IMG/VR virus record: IMGVR_UViG_3300042307_000844 | From: a virus | Taxonomy: Duplodnaviria; Caudoviricetes | DNA: 64,000 nucleotides | Reading direction: 5' to 3' (one strand) | Shown: positions 1-8,858 of the stretch, in pieces | Numbering within the stretch: position 1 is the first letter of the stretch | Layout: every line of letters starts with the position of its first letter | Made by a program: the position numbers and the translations under genes | Notes under the pieces: generated by a model | Database searches by the model: none | Told to the model about the DNA's origin: nothing | What the model saw: only the letters and a program-made list of their open reading frames with translations

Positions 1-122
1 GCTTTACTCCCATCGGCAAGTTCAACCGCAGGACCGTCTTCACGATGGCGTATCGTCATTGCTTTGTCCTTGTAGTAATGCTTGTTTCCGTATTCGTTGA
101 TGATAATGTATACTGGAGTCAT
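1..122 (-). CDS. Partial hypothetical phage protein with HREDGPA motif (runs off window start)
   Basis: Manual translation from ATG at 122: MTPVYIIINEYGNKHYYKDKAMTIRHREDGPAVELADGSK...; HRxDGPA is a recurrent phage repeat-protein motif. Confidence 0.7.
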   Translation of the reverse strand, partial: MTPVYIIINEYGNKHYYKDKAMTIRHREDGPAVELADGSK

Positions 123-204
123 AATGTGTTTTAGTGTTCGTTTCGTGTTCGTTACTTAGAGATCTTTAGCTTGCTTACTTCATGTCCTGAGTGTGATCTA
201 GTTT

Positions 205-471
205 TTAATAAAGGTTCTCACTGTAGAGCGTTCCATCAGAAGATACTTTTCGTCTGATCTGACCTTCTTTTTCAGCTATTTTCCAAGCATCCTCACGACT
301 TAAAAATACCCCCATTTGATCCACAAATCCTTGTTCCTTGACTTTCAAATGATATTTTTCCCCATAAGCTTTAAACATAATCTTACGCATTTCAGGGGAA
401 AAGTGTCGGATACCGACCACAACATCCCCATCATCCATTAGCATGGCAGCAGCAACAATTAATCTTTCCAT
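205..471 (-). CDS. Hypothetical phage protein
   Basis: 88-aa ORF; motif 11 nt upstream; stop codon lies inside the next motif copy. Confidence 0.8.
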   Translation of the reverse strand: MERLIVAAAMLMDDGDVVVGIRHFSPEMRKIMFKAYGEKYHLKVKEQGFVDQMGVFLSREDAWKIAEKEGQIRRKVSSDGTLYSENLY

Positions 472-492
472 GGTATCAGTGTAGTCTAGTTT

Positions 493-927
493 TTAAGAGA
501 AGTCCTCTTTCTTACCATATGCAGTGAATGTATCACCATCCGCGTTAAAATCAATCCTACCATCCTCATAACCCAAATGATAGAATTCGTTGGAAAGCTC
601 TTCCATGACATCACGGATCGCTTCCACGTTGTCCTCATTGCAAATTCCATTGTTATACAATTCGTTTAATGCCGTTTCAATTTTCATATTATTATACTTT
701 GGTTGTTCATCATCGATTTTCAATACCAGTTCATCACCTTCCACGGTAATCATTCCCCGATCCATCATCTCGTTGATCGTCTGGTTGAAGATAACAGTTC
801 CATCCCATTTGTCAAGCACATCCTTGGCTTGGTGGGGATAAGACATGATAACGCCCACTGTCCCTATCTCAAGGAGAGATAGGCGACCATCAAACAATTC
901 AATCGGTAATATTATTTCGTTATTCAT
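493..927 (-). CDS. Hypothetical phage protein
   Basis: 144-aa acidic ORF in a tightly packed minus-strand run. Confidence 0.75.
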   Translation of the reverse strand: MNNEIILPIELFDGRLSLLEIGTVGVIMSYPHQAKDVLDKWDGTVIFNQTINEMMDRGMITVEGDELVLKIDDEQPKYNNMKIETALNELYNNGICNEDNVEAIRDVMEELSNEFYHLGYEDGRIDFNADGDTFTAYGKKEDFS

Positions 928-1159
928 CGTCGCTTACCTTAACACACGCTTCCCAAAAGTCATCTAAATTCTCATTATCACTTATCAAGTGTAAGGAACA
1001 TTTACCCTGATATTCCACGGGAACGGAACACAACACCAAATCCTCCCTACCACATAGCATGATGGATTTTTCCATATTCTCATGGATTTCAGGATCATAA
1101 TCAAGGATACATGTTCCCCCAGCTTCCAATGGCAGCATAATCAATTGGTAATCCATCAA
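920..1159 (-). CDS. Hypothetical protein
   Basis: 79-aa ORF with short overlaps to neighbours. Confidence 0.7.
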   Translation of the reverse strand: MMDYQLIMLPLEAGGTCILDYDPEIHENMEKSIMLCGREDLVLCSVPVEYQGKCSLHLISDNENLDDFWEACVKVSDDE

Positions 1160-1410
1160 TCAAATATTTCAGCATCGAAGTCCACATCCTTACAGGTGCA
1201 ATAACATCTACCAGTATGCCCCTTATTACGAATACAATAATATACCATATATGGAATTCTACCACCGCATATTTTAGTAATTTTTGGAACCCATGATAAA
1301 GCATCATCCCCAATCATGATGTGATCATCATCCTCAAAAGCTGCCAAAGCTTCCACTAAGTATTTCTTTTTCATATTAATGTAATTTAAGCCATGATGCC
1401 AATGTGTCAA
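1156..1410 (-). CDS. Hypothetical protein, Cys-rich C-terminus
   Basis: 84-aa ORF, ATGA overlap with the downstream gene. Confidence 0.6.
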   Translation of the reverse strand: MTHWHHGLNYINMKKKYLVEALAAFEDDDHIMIGDDALSWVPKITKICGGRIPYMVYYCIRNKGHTGRCYCTCKDVDFDAEIFD

Positions 1411-1687
1411 TGGTAAATATTCCCATCACGTTGAACTGCCTACATGCTTGATAGAATGCCGCTTGCTTAAATTCTGAATCGGGAGCGTAAATGAATGCCA
1501 CTTCATTTGGAGTCACCCGAACATAGAACTCCGGTAGCTTTTTGGATACCCCCCACCCCACCAGATTGTTCGCCAATCGCTGGATGGCATCATTGGAAGA
1601 TGGTAATACGCCTGAAAATACAAAACCAAGGCTTTCACCATGGTAGTATTTGAGTTCGTGGAGAGGTAATGTTTTTTCTTCAACCAT
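1376..1687 (-). CDS. Hypothetical protein
   Basis: 103-aa ORF coupled to the upstream stop. Confidence 0.7.
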   Translation of the reverse strand: MVEEKTLPLHELKYYHGESLGFVFSGVLPSSNDAIQRLANNLVGWGVSKKLPEFYVRVTPNEVAFIYAPDSEFKQAAFYQACRQFNVMGIFTIDTLASWLKLH

Positions 1688-2007
1688 TATTGAATGATTT
1701 CAATGCTATCAAATTCCACCATCTCCCTTGGCAAATCCTTGAAATATTTCACGGCACGTTTGGAGAGATTTTCATATCCTTCCACAATTTGTTTGATTGT
1801 GTTTGGAGCGGTGGGAAGATCATATTCCCTTTCCTTTGCACGGGAAATGGCTCGGTTCAATCCTTCATGCCTATCCCAACGATCAATCGGATTGCAGATG
1901 GAATAGCCATAGCAAACCTCGTTCTTATCCCGCAGAGCTACGACCACCCCACGGGGTTGTCCCTTCTTGTTTCTAATGTATCTAATTAGTGTTTGTGCTG
2001 TATTCAT
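1687..2007 (-). CDS. Hypothetical phage protein
   Basis: 106-aa ORF; motif 13 nt upstream. Confidence 0.8.
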   Translation of the reverse strand: MNTAQTLIRYIRNKKGQPRGVVVALRDKNEVCYGYSICNPIDRWDRHEGLNRAISRAKEREYDLPTAPNTIKQIVEGYENLSKRAVKYFKDLPREMVEFDSIEIIQ

Positions 2008-2023
2008 ATTTTTCTATTGTATT

Positions 2024-2461
2024 CTAGTTTTTAACGGTGATCATTTCCGGCCAATATGGTTGAACATTACCATTTTTTCCGTTCGCCACTGTAAGGTGAA
2101 GTCCGCGATAGCCTTCGCTATCCACAATGTTAAGCTCCTTTTTCATTTTGTCAAGTTCTTCAGAATAGACTTTCAGATAAAACATGATGAATCCCTTGGT
2201 GTATCCCCCGCGAACAAGGTATGGATCATATTCAAATTCAATTTCCTCCCCATCATAGTATTCAGCTTTCTTCCAATCCACATCTTTGTGGAATTTTTCG
2301 TTTGCAACTGTTATATGGGCATCATGCAAGGGCTTCTGTAGATTGATCCAATATTCGCGCTGGATAAAAAAATGATAATAATCAAGAATATCCGATCCCG
2401 TCTCCACAACAATGCGGGACTTGGATGAGTCAACCCTGATGGTTCCTTTCGCTTTCAACAT
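2024..2461 (-). CDS. 2H phosphoesterase superfamily protein (T4 57B/Acb1- or LigT-like)
   Basis: Two HxT motifs, AHITV (H49) and LHLTV (H122), in 145 aa. Confidence 0.7.
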   Translation of the reverse strand: MLKAKGTIRVDSSKSRIVVETGSDILDYYHFFIQREYWINLQKPLHDAHITVANEKFHKDVDWKKAEYYDGEEIEFEYDPYLVRGGYTKGFIMFYLKVYSEELDKMKKELNIVDSEGYRGLHLTVANGKNGNVQPYWPEMITVKN

Positions 2462-2482
2462 GGAACAACCATACGCTAGTTT

Positions 2483-2956
2483 TTATCCTTTGGTTTTCCA
2501 GTCGATCACCATCTTCTCATATGGCTCAACTTCGTAGATGCTATCCCATTCAATCTCCGTGCCGTTATAGGACTGATAATAACCGGGAATGTAGTAATGT
2601 CCCATTAATGTCCCATTCTTCTCAACTTTGAAGACGCAGTGCCAATGTTCTCCTTCACCTTCCCCACCCCCTTGTTGATTCACTACTTGCACCACCCAAT
2701 CGCCAAATTGAATTTTTTCCATACTATCATAAAAGGAATATTCATCAATACCCCATTTCGATTGATATGCTGTTGGATTTTTGAGATATTTGTCAGCACT
2801 ATCCTTTGGTTCCAAGAACCTGAGAACGTTTCTGATATTCTTGGGATTGAAATTCTCCAGAATATCGGGTAGCTTTTCGCTTTCCAATTCCTTCGCTTTT
2901 TCCAATTCTTGCTGCATACGAGCAATTTCCGCTTCTATTTCTTTGCTTGTTTTCAT
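2483..2956 (-). CDS. Hypothetical phage protein
   Basis: 157-aa ORF with N-terminal coiled coil. Confidence 0.8.
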   Translation of the reverse strand: MKTSKEIEAEIARMQQELEKAKELESEKLPDILENFNPKNIRNVLRFLEPKDSADKYLKNPTAYQSKWGIDEYSFYDSMEKIQFGDWVVQVVNQQGGGEGEGEHWHCVFKVEKNGTLMGHYYIPGYYQSYNGTEIEWDSIYEVEPYEKMVIDWKTKG

Positions 2957-3732
2957 ATTAGTCTTAATTTGTTTTGTTGTTCTGCTTGTTTAAATTTATC
3001 AATGTAAGAGAAATCTCTATCGTTTCTCAGGACATCAATGTTTGTCAGGATGAAGAACTTGAACCAACCACTACTCATGGTTGTGGCCAATTTCTTCAAA
3101 GATTTTTGATACGCTTCAATTTTCGAGAATTTGAAATCATGGGGGATTAGATACCTTTCCAGAGCAGTCACCCACACTTCCTCTTTCACAAGATTTAATT
3201 TATCATCATGGGAGAGTTTGTCAAATCCTTTTTTGGAGCATGATACCCCCTCATATACCAAGGATTCGTATAAGGGTTTGTCGTAGATGGCTACGCATTC
3301 GTGAATCGAATCGTGATTATACTTTCTCTTCACTGCATCTTCAAAGAATGTTTGGGAATCCTTACCTTTCAGGGAAGCCCATTGTTTGCCATGTTTCAAT
3401 ATCCATGCCTTCACCAACTTCTTATATAACTTTTCATTGACCACACATCCTTTTGATTTGAGAAAGCATACATCGGATACGTGTTTTTCCCAGAATATGT
3501 CCCATCCCAAATGGGATAATTTTAGCGTATATAGATGATCCTTGTCAAGAAACCGATCATCTTGATTATTATCTAAAAAATATTGATATTCTGGTATCCA
3601 GAGATATTCCACTTCTTTCGTGCTATTACCTTGTTCAGACATGTAATCCATGTCCTTTGGTTCCCTTGAAAAATCGGGAAACCAATGGCGGATAGCGTGA
3701 CTACCTATGATCAGTGATTTCATTCGATCCAT
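2953..3732 (-). CDS. Nucleotidyltransferase-fold-like phage protein
   Basis: N-terminal IIGSHA...REPKDMDY fits the GS...DxD Pol-beta NTase signature. Confidence 0.55.
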   Translation of the reverse strand: MDRMKSLIIGSHAIRHWFPDFSREPKDMDYMSEQGNSTKEVEYLWIPEYQYFLDNNQDDRFLDKDHLYTLKLSHLGWDIFWEKHVSDVCFLKSKGCVVNEKLYKKLVKAWILKHGKQWASLKGKDSQTFFEDAVKRKYNHDSIHECVAIYDKPLYESLVYEGVSCSKKGFDKLSHDDKLNLVKEEVWVTALERYLIPHDFKFSKIEAYQKSLKKLATTMSSGWFKFFILTNIDVLRNDRDFSYIDKFKQAEQQNKLRLI

Positions 3733-4205
3733 TCCGGTTTATTGCGTTTCCAAGCATGTAAGTGTGCCTTATCATGCTTGTAGAAGAGTCTATACTTCCC
3801 CACCTCATCAACATCGTTCCACTCTGGAAGTGTCCTACAAATGGCATCCTCCGCGATAGCAAGGGCGAATGGTGTCTGAGCTTCCGAATCAAAACCAAGT
3901 CTCCAGCTATTTGATTCTACCCAATCCAATACATCCTCTGACTTATGACGTTTGTGATAACGTGCTGTATATTCGGATGCGATGGCATATGCGTGTTCAA
4001 GTCCCCATAGGAAATTGTCATATGATGTGCGTAGCCAAATCGTCGTTGGGTGTTTGGGATGTGTTTGTTGGTATGGAGCATCAATTCCTTGTAAATGAAA
4101 ATTTGTGCAGAACATTTGGCAGCTTTCAAGAAGCATCTTCATGTGCCGATCCACCAACCATTTGGCAGATTGAGCGGGACAATAATCGATGGAGAATTGA
4201 TTCAT
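3720..4205 (-). CDS. Pyrimidine dimer DNA glycosylase (endonuclease V)-family protein
   Basis: DRHMKMLLESCQM...THPKHPTTIW...EYTARYHKRH pattern typical of the phage Pyr_excise-like family. Confidence 0.65.
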   Translation of the reverse strand: MNQFSIDYCPAQSAKWLVDRHMKMLLESCQMFCTNFHLQGIDAPYQQTHPKHPTTIWLRTSYDNFLWGLEHAYAIASEYTARYHKRHKSEDVLDWVESNSWRLGFDSEAQTPFALAIAEDAICRTLPEWNDVDEVGKYRLFYKHDKAHLHAWKRNKPEWIE

Positions 4206-4226
4206 GCGCTGATCGTATTCTAGTTT

Positions 4227-4688
4227 TTAACAGTCGTTTTTCAAATCCAACCACGCAGCATAATCACCCTCTTTCAAGAGTTCCATTTCCTTACGTTTGA
4301 GTTCAATATCAGCCCGAATACTCTCAGGTGTTTTACGATCATCCCTATCCGTATTGATCCAAAAGATTTGCCAATCCTTATCATCCGAATTTTCCAAAAC
4401 ACTTTTCAAATACTTCTCGGCATCCTTTTCATCTCCATACCTCATGCTTTTAATGCGAACATAAGGTTCATCGAATTCCAACTGATTGTCCACATCGTTC
4501 CAATATCGGGCGATGAAATAGTATCTACCCTTCAGACCGATTTTCTGTTCAGTGTGGACATAATAAGTCCATTCATCCCCATTCTCTTTCTTTGCCATAG
4601 CTAGAGCCTTGCGCTTTGTGTCAGTGATGTAGTTTCCTGCGATGGCACTTCCGCCGCTACAAGTCATGCCTATTGTGTATTGTTTCAT
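4227..4688 (-). CDS. Hypothetical protein
   Basis: 153-aa ORF; TAA stop lies within a motif copy. Confidence 0.8.
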   Translation of the reverse strand: MKQYTIGMTCSGGSAIAGNYITDTKRKALAMAKKENGDEWTYYVHTEQKIGLKGRYYFIARYWNDVDNQLEFDEPYVRIKSMRYGDEKDAEKYLKSVLENSDDKDWQIFWINTDRDDRKTPESIRADIELKRKEMELLKEGDYAAWLDLKNDC

Positions 4689-4689
4689 T

Positions 4690-4866
4690 TTATTGTTCTA
4701 CAGTATGATATTTTACTTCTTTTGTTTGTAGAAATCTGATATAGTTTTCGGCTTCATGTTTGCTGCGCCATTGCATACTGTTCGTCCACCACCAAAGAAT
4801 TTTTTCTTGAACTGTAAAGGTGCTGACACCATTGCCATTAATTGTTTCTTGTATTCTATATTTCAT
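4690..4866 (-). CDS. Small hypothetical protein (58 aa), paralog of 4863-5099
   Basis: Manual translation MKYRIQETINGNGVSTFTVQEKILWWWTNSMQWRSKHEAENYIRFLQTKEVKYHTVEQ; fills the gap exactly; below ORF-track cutoff. Confidence 0.75.
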   Translation of the reverse strand: MKYRIQETINGNGVSTFTVQEKILWWWTNSMQWRSKHEAENYIRFLQTKEVKYHTVEQ

Positions 4867-5099
4867 ATTTCAAATTCTTTAATAGTCGTTTCTCCAGTTG
4901 GAATGGAAAATTTATTGATTATTTCAACACCTCTTTCAGCGGCTTCCAAAGAATCATATCCTGAATTAAGATAACCACAAAATCTGTGTACTCCATTGGT
5001 AGCATTCTCCCAATATTCCCACCATAAAAATTTGGTTAGGTATTCTATATGATACCATGTAGCAAACCCATTTCTTTTTTCAACTATTCTAAATTTCAT
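4863..5099 (-). CDS. Small hypothetical protein
   Basis: 78-aa ORF MKFRIVEK...FLWW. Confidence 0.75.
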   Translation of the reverse strand: MKFRIVEKRNGFATWYHIEYLTKFLWWEYWENATNGVHRFCGYLNSGYDSLEAAERGVEIINKFSIPTGETTIKEFEI

Positions 5100-5310
5100 A
5101 TTTGTCCATCAATTTATCATATTCGTTCTTATAGTCAAGAATCATTTCTCTTGCACTTGCAGAACAATCCATACTGTTCATCCAAAGAATCACAGCTTCC
5201 GCCACGCTATAACATCCTGAGCCGAAAAACATTCGTATCATTTCTTGATGATGTTCTGGCAGCAACTCAAATCTTTCGTCAAAAATGGCATTGTGATATT
5301 CTCTTTTCAT
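5089..5310 (-). CDS. Hypothetical protein
   Basis: 73-aa ORF with coupled overlaps. Confidence 0.7.
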   Translation of the reverse strand: MKREYHNAIFDERFELLPEHHQEMIRMFFGSGCYSVAEAVILWMNSMDCSASAREMILDYKNEYDKLMDKYEI

Positions 5311-5570
5311 AGAAGCGGTGCTGTGATCGGTGTTGGGGTTTCTGGAAATTTTGCCTTCATATTATGGACTTTTTTATAATCAACCAATCCGATTGAATCG
5401 TGATATTCGATCATCTGAACAACATAGGCATAAGCGTTATACAGCCCCTCGTCTTTCTTTCTAAGTTCGTCTTCTCTCAAAAGATCATTCATTCTCAAAT
5501 TAGCTTTGTCACGATGATACAAAGCCATGTAATAGATGTTTTTGAGTAATTGTTTTGGGGGCGTTTTCAT
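5307..5570 (-). CDS. Hypothetical protein
   Basis: 87-aa ORF with coupled overlaps. Confidence 0.7.
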   Translation of the reverse strand: MKTPPKQLLKNIYYMALYHRDKANLRMNDLLREDELRKKDEGLYNAYAYVVQMIEYHDSIGLVDYKKVHNMKAKFPETPTPITAPLL

Positions 5571-5851
5571 ACTTCAAATTCGTAATAAGTTGTCACCTGA
5601 GTATCCCCACATTGATCGCAAGTCTCTGAATAGTGGGTATCCTCAACGGGAAGCAATTGCACCAAATCATTCACCCCGATTTCCCCATCATCAAACATGC
5701 GCTTGATTTCCACAAACAGATCATCGTGGAACTTTTCACGCTGTTCTTTGGTTAGCTCGTATCGCTTGTCTTCGCATGAGTAAGCAACACCATTGACTTC
5801 CAGATGTCCCCCTGCCGTGCATCCATCGGATATGTTGATTTTGTATTTCAT
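5567..5851 (-). CDS. Hypothetical protein with C-terminal CxxC
   Basis: 94-aa ORF, CDQC motif. Confidence 0.75.
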   Translation of the reverse strand: MKYKINISDGCTAGGHLEVNGVAYSCEDKRYELTKEQREKFHDDLFVEIKRMFDDGEIGVNDLVQLLPVEDTHYSETCDQCGDTQVTTYYEFEV

Positions 5852-6030
5852 TTCAATAGTTCCTTTGCTTTTTCTTCCAATGCTTCCCTACAATAATTAT
5901 ACGTCCCATCGGATCGCTTTCCAGTAGCAACAAGACCCACAAAATTCTCAAGTTCAAGGACTCTCAAGTGTTCATCAATCCACTTCTCGTAGAAGTATTC
6001 TCTAGGATTTGCTTCCATGTCCACGCTCAT
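5848..6030 (-). CDS. Hypothetical protein (start may be 6018)
   Basis: 60-aa ORF directly downstream of a motif copy. Confidence 0.7.
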   Translation of the reverse strand: MSVDMEANPREYFYEKWIDEHLRVLELENFVGLVATGKRSDGTYNYCREALEEKAKELLK

Positions 6031-6052
6031 TGTATTCTAGTTTTTAAAGAGA

Positions 6053-6087
6053 ATACCCCATCCCGACAAACAAACGGGATGGGGTAT
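6053..6087 (-). terminator. Intrinsic terminator-like hairpin
   Basis: Perfect 13-bp inverted repeat ATACCCCATCCCG / CGGGATGGGGTAT followed by a T-rich run on the minus strand, just after the 6094-6339 stop. Confidence 0.75.
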
Positions 6088-6093
6088 CATGTC

Positions 6094-6339
6094 TTAGAAC
6101 GATGTCACACCGTTCATCCGCATCTCCGTTGCCATATCACGGACATTGATAGGCACTTCCATGGCATGTCGGGAATTGGTTTTAATTACAGCCGTGGCTC
6201 CACCTCCCAAAATATGAAAGGAACCGTCCTTACGCTGGATCATGTTTACCGTAAAAAGTTTGGTACGTTTCCTTTGGTCTGGACTTCTAAGCCATTTTCT
6301 ATCTCTACGCATTGTTCGTGTATCATTTGTTTTCTTCAT
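6094..6339 (-). CDS. Small basic hypothetical protein
   Basis: 81-aa ORF followed by a terminator hairpin. Confidence 0.7.
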   Translation of the reverse strand: MKKTNDTRTMRRDRKWLRSPDQRKRTKLFTVNMIQRKDGSFHILGGGATAVIKTNSRHAMEVPINVRDMATEMRMNGVTSF

Positions 6340-6345
6340 ATGTTT

Positions 6346-6540
6346 TTATTGTTTTTCGTTTTGGAGATACGAATATTCAATTTCCCATTCCTTTCGGAGA
6401 TTGGCTATCCGTTTCTCAAGCTTCTCAAGATTAGCACCACATTCCTCAATGTCAAGTTCGGTATCGAAAGTATTCAACTTGTGGAATGCAGTGTTCATCC
6501 ATTTTTTAGTTTTTTCAACCTTTTCAATTAATTCTTGCAT
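6346..6540 (-). CDS. Small coiled-coil hypothetical protein
   Basis: Start reassigned to MQELIEKV at 6540, immediately after the upstream stop; the longer track ORF overlaps the phosphoesterase. Confidence 0.65.
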   Translation of the reverse strand: MQELIEKVEKTKKWMNTAFHKLNTFDTELDIEECGANLEKLEKRIANLRKEWEIEYSYLQNEKQ

Positions 6541-6541
6541 A

Positions 6542-7189
6542 TCAGTGATGATCAAATTTTGATGTTTCCTTCTTAGCCATGATTTCCACGACTTCCTCCA
6601 GCTTGAAGAAAGCGGTTCCGTTGTATCTCTTGGCATTCTCCACCCCCACATCAAGCATCTTGCCAAAACCATTCCCATCAGGATTGGCTTGCTGGAGATT
6701 GCCATGGGAATGTCCAATAAGGGCATCTCTACCCTTGTTTTGATCCGGCCAGATCAAGGGAGCCATGTGTCGGCAATAGAATCGTTCCCGATCAATATCC
6801 AGAAGAAATTCGTATCCCATCAGAGTGATGTTGGGAGTGATCTTCATGGGATACAATTGGCAATTCTCAAATCCCTTTGGTAATTGTTTTTGATAGAGTT
6901 GTTGCACACCACTATTATGATTCCCAAAAATCATGAGGGTTTCACATGGGAATGTCATCATGAATTCCTGAATCCTTTCAGGACCACATGACAGACCGAC
7001 ATCTCCAAAATGAACGAGCAAGCTATCGGGATGGATGCCATCAATCTGTTCCTGTATCCAATTATTATGATCCTCTGGATTTGAAAATCCCCTTGGGACA
7101 TATAGGAAATCTTTTCCATGCCCGAAATGGCTGTCACCCATCAGGAGAATTTCCTTATAGTCCTTGCGTTGTTTCTTAATCTTAATCAT
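6542..7189 (-). CDS. Calcineurin-like metallophosphoesterase
   Basis: GDSHFGH, HFGDVG, FGNHN and GHSHG motifs. Confidence 0.85.
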   Translation of the reverse strand: MIKIKKQRKDYKEILLMGDSHFGHGKDFLYVPRGFSNPEDHNNWIQEQIDGIHPDSLLVHFGDVGLSCGPERIQEFMMTFPCETLMIFGNHNSGVQQLYQKQLPKGFENCQLYPMKITPNITLMGYEFLLDIDRERFYCRHMAPLIWPDQNKGRDALIGHSHGNLQQANPDGNGFGKMLDVGVENAKRYNGTAFFKLEEVVEIMAKKETSKFDHH

Positions 7190-7400
7190 GTTTTTAAAAG
7201 GTGATCACTTCGGCACGTTGTCGCGCCAACTTTTCAGCATCCGAGTTTGAGGATTATGGAATTTATGCCTGTCATTGCTGACTTTTTCCGAACACCCGAA
7301 GGCTCCATTTCTCGATCCCGCCAGTCTCCTTACCAAATTAATGGTAGAGGGAGGTTCTGGCAATGTTGTGATGCTGCCGAAGCGATCATTGGAAAATTAT

Positions 7401-7577
7401 TCAGGCATACCATTTTTCAACTTTGTCAAATTCTGTCACAACATCGGCATAGCCCAACCCAACCAATAGATCACATAATGCGCTATCAGCGTAACCATGG
7501 GCAGCTTCAGTGTCTCCGTTTTGTTGAGCATTCCAAAGTGCTTTCATCGCAGTCTCTCTCAATTCTTCGTTTGTCAT
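7401..7577 (-). CDS. Small hypothetical protein
   Basis: In-frame ATG at 7577 lies 11 nt from the motif (track start 7583). Confidence 0.7.
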   Translation of the reverse strand: MTNEELRETAMKALWNAQQNGDTEAAHGYADSALCDLLVGLGYADVVTEFDKVEKWYA

Positions 7578-7606
7578 ATCCATATTATATTCTAGTTTTT
7601 AAAAGC

Positions 7607-7825
7607 TTACCACACGCAACACACTTCAAAAGCGTGGTCACAGTCTGGACAATTGACTTCCAGATTGTTGCTTCGTTCCGTGCCATGTTCAGGAATGTCC
7701 AGCCACCCCCGACCATCCCAAAAATCAGTCGCTTCCAATAGATTGACAAATTTTTCACACTTGGGACATTTGCAATGAAGAGCGACTTCCCATTGGGCTT
7801 CTATTTGAGATGGTTGTTGTTTCAT
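7607..7825 (-). CDS. Zinc-ribbon-like small protein
   Basis: CKCPKC and CPDC cysteine pairs. Confidence 0.7.
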   Translation of the reverse strand: MKQQPSQIEAQWEVALHCKCPKCEKFVNLLEATDFWDGRGWLDIPEHGTERSNNLEVNCPDCDHAFEVCCVW

Positions 7826-8043
7826 TGTAAGGTTGTTTCATTAGACTGTTTTCTAATAGCCTTGATTTTTATCTCAATCTCAAAATCGTAATTATCTGCC
7901 GATTCGTTTGGATCATGTAAGAATCTATTGGAATCGATATTCAGAGTTCCCTCCTCATTTTTTCCATAAAAATTAAATTCATAACTCTTTCTCTTTTCAC
8001 GAAAAGAATCACCCCAAGTCGCCTTTTTTAATACTGCTTTCAT
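7822..8043 (-). CDS. Hypothetical protein
   Basis: 73-aa ORF with coupled overlaps. Confidence 0.7.
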   Translation of the reverse strand: MKAVLKKATWGDSFREKRKSYEFNFYGKNEEGTLNIDSNRFLHDPNESADNYDFEIEIKIKAIRKQSNETTLQ

Positions 8044-8276
8044 TTTTTCAATGCTTCGATGATGTCGTCCATGCCCTGAATGATCTCCACGTTATCCCCA
8101 TCCTCAATCACCAGACGAGGAACGGCACGAATACCATGTTTCTTAAACCATTCGATATTTTCGGGATTTGTGTAGTCTTTAATCTCCACCTCAAGCTTTT
8201 CCTTTTCGATTCGGGCTTTGAGGGTGTAGCAAGGTCCGCATTGGGAACTCGTAGCTAATGTGAATTTCTTTTTCAT
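8040..8276 (-). CDS. Glutaredoxin/thioredoxin-like protein (NrdH-like)
   Basis: CGPC active site and downstream AVP motif in 78 aa. Confidence 0.8.
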   Translation of the reverse strand: MKKKFTLATSSQCGPCYTLKARIEKEKLEVEIKDYTNPENIEWFKKHGIRAVPRLVIEDGDNVEIIQGMDDIIEALKK

Positions 8277-8280
8277 GATT

Positions 8281-8574
8281 TTAAGGGTTCAGGTCGTATG
8301 GAGAATGTGTGGTATTTTTAGCCCAGAATTCGTGTGGTTTTTTTTCACACCAGATATCGTATGGGTTTGGATATGGAACGGGATTCCATTCCTTGTATTG
8401 TTTATTAAGGTCTTCGTAATCCTTTATAGGGGAGGGCCATTTTGTCAAATCGTTCTTTCCAAGAGAATTTTTCAGGGAATTATACAATTCCTCCGCTTCC
8501 TCTTTGGTTAGATTGAATTCGTAATCCCCGATCTTGACGTTGATTGTTGTATTTGTTTCAATTTTCTTTTTCAT
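8281..8574 (-). CDS. Hypothetical protein
   Basis: 97-aa ORF. Confidence 0.7.
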   Translation of the reverse strand: MKKKIETNTTINVKIGDYEFNLTKEEAEELYNSLKNSLGKNDLTKWPSPIKDYEDLNKQYKEWNPVPYPNPYDIWCEKKPHEFWAKNTTHSPYDLNP

Positions 8575-8858
8575 TTTTTCTTCTTTGCAATCTTTTTCAA
8601 TTCAATCAACCGTTCCATGACTTCGCAAATATCAAGAGGTTTATTATCTTCATACCCAAAATTGATGAAATTATTGTCACAACCATATCCATCTCCCGCA
8701 GGAGAATCAATTGTTAATTCTTGGATTGCGCTGTAATACTCATCCTTCACCGCTTTAAGGGTTGATTCCAGTACATTGATGACATGTGCCTTTAGAGCAT
8801 CGTGTTGCTCAACCGCAAGCGTCTCAGGTGTTGTTTTTAGTAATTGTTCCAAGTTCAT
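8571..8858 (-). CDS. Hypothetical protein
   Basis: 95-aa ORF. Confidence 0.75.
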   Translation of the reverse strand: MNLEQLLKTTPETLAVEQHDALKAHVINVLESTLKAVKDEYYSAIQELTIDSPAGDGYGCDNNFINFGYEDNKPLDICEVMERLIELKKIAKKKK

